Below, piece by piece: positions 62,701-64,000 of a stretch of 64,000 nt of DNA. Source of the DNA: Phoronis australis (lineage: Eukaryota > Animalia > Phoronida); assembly GCA_002633005.1 (NCBI GenBank), contig NMRA01000356.1, positions 133,540 through 197,539 on the forward strand, given 5' to 3'. Both the position numbers and the translations under genes were made by a program. Each line of letters begins with the position of its first letter. The stretch's first letter is position 1. Under the pieces are notes generated by a model that saw only the letters and a program-made list of their open reading frames with translations, did not search any database and was not told the DNA's origin.

Positions 62701-63629
62701 GCTTTTCAATTTGGCAATACGCACCAAGTGGGTGACATATCCAGCACCTACTGTAAAAGTTGTTGAATTCATAGCTGTAAAACATTGTAATGATTGTTGT
62801 CACATTTTTAAGGAGTTCCTGTCGCAGAAAGGTTATGTTCATCGAGATCTGGCTGCCAGGAATGTTCTCGTTGGTGACAACAGGAACATCAAGATAGGTG
62901 ACTTTGGCTTGACTCGTTACATTTACAACGACAAAGTTTACTTCAACAGAAGAGGAGGAAAACTGCCCTTAAAATGGATGTCTATAGAGGCCATATCTGA
63001 TCTGACGTTCACCTCTGCTAGTGATGTGTAAGTCATATCTGCCCTTAAAATGGATGTCTATAGAGGCCATATCTGATCTGACGTTCACCTCTGCTAGTGA
63101 TGTGTAAGTCATATAAGCTTTTAGCGAAATGGCTCGTTTCTATTTGAAAAATTATGTCTGCTCACCGTTCGATGTAGTAACATTTTTCAAAAATATGAAA
63201 TGCATTATAAAACTATAATAGCCAGACTATCTTGGCTTCAGAATTCCTTGAGACAAGTTTTGTTGAACTCAACATTCTAAGTGAAAAATCATTTTCAAAA
63301 AAACTTGTCTGAAACTATAATAATGATTACTATTACAAACTTGCATACGTTTGCTTCTTTTTATCTATCAAAGTATAAAATTATAATATTTCTTTTAACT
63401 GCAATATATAGAAGGTGCTTGCTTTTTGCTTACCTGTTATAACTTGTAACTCTGTCTATATTGTATTTGAAAATGTCATTCTTTTTTGCAGTTGGTCATT
63501 TGGCGTGTTGCTGTTTGAGCTGGTAACACTAGGTGGCACTCCGTACCCTACCATGTCCAATTTCGATTTGCTAAGGGAACTCAAGGCTGGATTCCGTATG
63601 GAAAGACCTCAGAGTTGTCCCAAGCAGCT
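30158..63629 (+). CDS. Receptor tyrosine kinase (RET/FGFR/Torso-like kinase; Cys-box + FN3-like ectodomain), at least 23 exons, ~1022 aa so far; 3' end beyond window
   Basis: Exons 30158-30289, 37435-37504, 38425-38585, 39584-39695, 39950-40051, 40456-40547, 41359-41542, 42531-42718, 43222-43281, 43612-43693, 47297-47413, 49209-49300, 50192-50375, 51437-51627, 53282-53341, 54142-54217, 55109-55273, 57695-57899, 59819-59991, 60270-60463, 61461-61535, 62813-63027 and 63492-63629 join in one open frame. Features: signal peptide, TM helix, [34 protein letters not shown]. Confidence 0.88.
32617..32730. repeat. (GT)n microsatellite
   Basis: Direct observation. Confidence 0.98.
33293..33410. repeat. 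Degenerate 14-bp tandem repeat (GAATAGTGCCGAGC)
   Basis: Direct observation. Confidence 0.8.
33800..34140 (+). repeat. ~180-bp diverged tandem duplication
   Basis: CTGCAGGCTAT...TTTGTTGGCTAGTCACAT...CCCATCGTCCTGTTTTC...AATTTCGCCAAGTGTC at ~33800 and ~33982. Confidence 0.8.
37435..37504 (+). CDS. RTK exon 2
   Basis: [23 protein letters not shown]; phase 0-1 bridges exons 1 and 3. Confidence 0.7.
38425..38585 (+). CDS. RTK exon 3 (FN3-like)
   Basis: [26 protein letters not shown]...VYVLQ...WEHIMT. Confidence 0.85.
39584..39695 (+). CDS. RTK exon 4 (FN3-like)
   Basis: [32 protein letters not shown]. Confidence 0.87.
39950..40051 (+). CDS. RTK exon 5 (module A1)
   Basis: [33 protein letters not shown]; paralogous to 47297-47413. 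Confidence 0.9.
40456..40547 (+). CDS. RTK exon 6 (module A2)
   Basis: [30 protein letters not shown]. Confidence 0.9.
41359..41542 (+). CDS. RTK exon 7 (module A3)
   Basis: [28 protein letters not shown]...[10 protein letters not shown]. Confidence 0.9.
42531..42718 (+). CDS. RTK exon 8 (module A4)
   Basis: [40 protein letters not shown]...; NAGNAG acceptor. Confidence 0.9.
43222..43281 (+). CDS. RTK exon 9 (module A5)
   Basis: [20 protein letters not shown]. Confidence 0.88.
43612..43693 (+). CDS. RTK exon 10 (module A6)
   Basis: [27 protein letters not shown]. Confidence 0.88.
43726..45699 (+). mobile_element. Full-length HINE/DINE-1-like Helentron-associated element with internal ~451-bp higher-order tandem array bearing CTCF-like motifs
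   Basis: T-rich 5' end; subTIR ATGCGCCCACA (43732) with nearby inverted copy; (GTCC)n; about 3.3 units of ~451 bp (GGATCC anchors at 43909, 44361, 44812); 3' subTIR TGTGGGCGCAT (45665) and hairpin CAACGC-TCC-GCGTTG (45678-45692); no TSD, no ORF. Confidence 0.88.
47297..47413 (+). CDS. RTK exon 11 (module B1)
   Basis: [38 protein letters not shown]. Confidence 0.9.
47791..48537. mobile_element. Kolobok-type MITE with long inverted arms, TTAA target-site duplication
   Basis: TTAA|GGTTATCTA...TAGATAACC|TTAA; imperfect inverted arms extend over several hundred bp (AAACTATGCTTTGTCAAC / GTTGACAAAGCATAGTTT; ATTTTACTAAAA / TTTTAGTAAAAT). Confidence 0.85.
49209..49300 (+). CDS. RTK exon 12 (module B2)
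   Basis: [30 protein letters not shown]. Confidence 0.9.
50192..50375 (+). CDS. RTK exon 13 (module B3)
   Basis: [28 protein letters not shown]...[10 protein letters not shown]. Confidence 0.9.
50393..50808. repeat. Minisatellite, 27 bp x ~15
   Basis: CTAAGTGACAACAAGACTAAGTACAAC. Confidence 0.97.
51437..51627 (+). CDS. RTK exon 14 (module B4)
   Basis: [40 protein letters not shown]... Confidence 0.9.
51796..52376. repeat. ~25-bp minisatellite (TCTTCATACTAGACACATATATATG) grading into (CA)n; contains N gap 52236-52272
   Basis: Direct observation. Confidence 0.93.
53282..53341 (+). CDS. RTK exon 15 (module B5)
   Basis: [20 protein letters not shown]. Confidence 0.88.
54142..54217 (+). CDS. 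RTK exon 16 (module B6)
   Basis: [25 protein letters not shown]. Confidence 0.88.
54295..54720. repeat. Minisatellite, 71 bp x 6
   Basis: GAATGTGTCCTCTGTTGTGGTCACTTATATGGTATTGGTGAGGTGCACCTTGAC... with period 71. Confidence 0.97.
55109..55273 (+). CDS. RTK exon 17 (Pro/Ser/Thr-rich stalk)
   Basis: [35 protein letters not shown]...; phase 1-1. Confidence 0.8.
55741..55944 (+). mobile_element. Short tRNA-derived SINE-like element with simple-repeat tail
   Basis: GGAGGCAGTGTGGCTTAATG (A box) ... GGTTCAAGTCCC (B box), followed by a (TATGTATGTATTA)n tail at 55861-55944. Confidence 0.55.
56214..56580. repeat. Minisatellite, 45 bp x ~8
   Basis: TGCCAATTATATTTTGATATCAACGTATCTATATTCCAACCTCTG. Confidence 0.97.
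57441..57546. repeat. Minisatellite, 34 bp x 3
   Basis: AGCTTGTAAGCCTTAATAGGTGCAGCTCTCCATC. Confidence 0.95.
57695..57899 (+). CDS. RTK exon 18 (transmembrane)
   Basis: [26 protein letters not shown] followed by basic KQKAKR. Confidence 0.9.
58869..59075. repeat. Minisatellite, 23 bp x 9
   Basis: ATGCAGTATAATGTCCTGGCTGT. Confidence 0.97.
59330..59798. mobile_element. Non-autonomous DNA transposon right end (repeated GGGCGCTTAAC subterminal motifs, ...TACGG-TA terminus)
   Basis: About six GGGCG(C/G)TTAA motifs at 59645-59780, ending TTTACGGTA; left boundary uncertain. Confidence 0.5.
59819..59991 (+). CDS. RTK exon 19 (kinase N-lobe)
   Basis: [37 protein letters not shown]...TVAVKML. Confidence 0.95.
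60270..60463 (+). CDS. RTK exon 20
   Basis: [26 protein letters not shown]...[15 protein letters not shown]. Confidence 0.95.
61461..61535 (+). CDS. RTK exon 21
   Basis: [25 protein letters not shown]. Confidence 0.93.
62813..63027 (+). CDS. RTK exon 22 (catalytic and activation loops)
   Basis: [21 protein letters not shown]...[35 protein letters not shown]...ASDV. Confidence 0.97.
62963..63114 (+). repeat. 76-bp tandem duplication of the exon 22 3' end and splice donor
   Basis: CTGCCCTTAAAATGGATG...GATGTGTAAGTCATAT at 62963 and 63039, identical. Confidence 0.95.
63492..63629 (+). CDS. RTK exon 23
   Basis: [19 protein letters not shown]...[11 protein letters not shown]. Confidence 0.96.
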
Positions 63630-64000
63630 GTGAGTCTTATATGTGGTGTACATGCCCTTTAGCCAGATCCCATTGTCACAACTGGACTTTATCCACATCC
63701 TTTCAGGCCCAGCTTCTATTGTTCGTTAGCGATAGAGTCTAATGAGCTGATAAGCCATGCTGGGAACAACTTTCCACCCACTAACTCAAGGCTTGTGTTT
63801 CTGTTGACAAAATTGCTGTTACTCGACCAATTTTGAAAATTCAGATTTAATCCACATGGTCTAATTTTTACTCCTCTAATCAGATTTTATGGTTTCCATC
63901 GGTTGTCATGTTCCAAAAAAAATGGAAAAGTACAGTCTGGATGCTTTCGAGCCTTATTTAGATGTGATAAGAAACAGTTATTCCCCTCAACTGACCTAGT

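Overview
AT-rich, intron-rich animal genomic DNA, probably from a bilaterian invertebrate (inference). The draft assembly has N gaps and two apparent haplotype-overlap duplications. Three spliced genes were reconstructed by hand, with GT-AG sites and consistent exon phases. (1) The 5' end of a KEN-box BUB1/BUBR1 (MadBub) spindle-checkpoint gene on the minus strand, running off the left edge. (2) A complete 16-exon, 637-aa ACOXL-type peroxisomal acyl-CoA oxidase (C-terminal AKL) on the plus strand, head-to-head with BUB1 with only 434 bp between start codons; human BUB1 and ACOXL are also divergent neighbours. (3) A plus-strand receptor tyrosine kinase of at least 23 exons, running off the right edge. 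It has a signal peptide, an anosmin-like Cys box and FN3-like region, a tandemly duplicated six-exon FN3-like module, a TM helix, an NPxY motif and an intact RET/FGFR/Torso-like kinase domain. The most striking non-coding feature is a Helentron-associated (HINE/DINE-1-like) non-autonomous element. It is present in at least four copies, and its internal satellite (about 451-bp higher-order repeat of three ~150-bp subunits) carries one co-oriented, near-consensus CTCF motif per subunit. One copy appears to be a presence/absence insertion polymorphism. There are also TTAA-flanked Kolobok-type MITEs, tRNA-derived SINEs and many minisatellites. No database searches were run; family assignments rest on recalled motifs.
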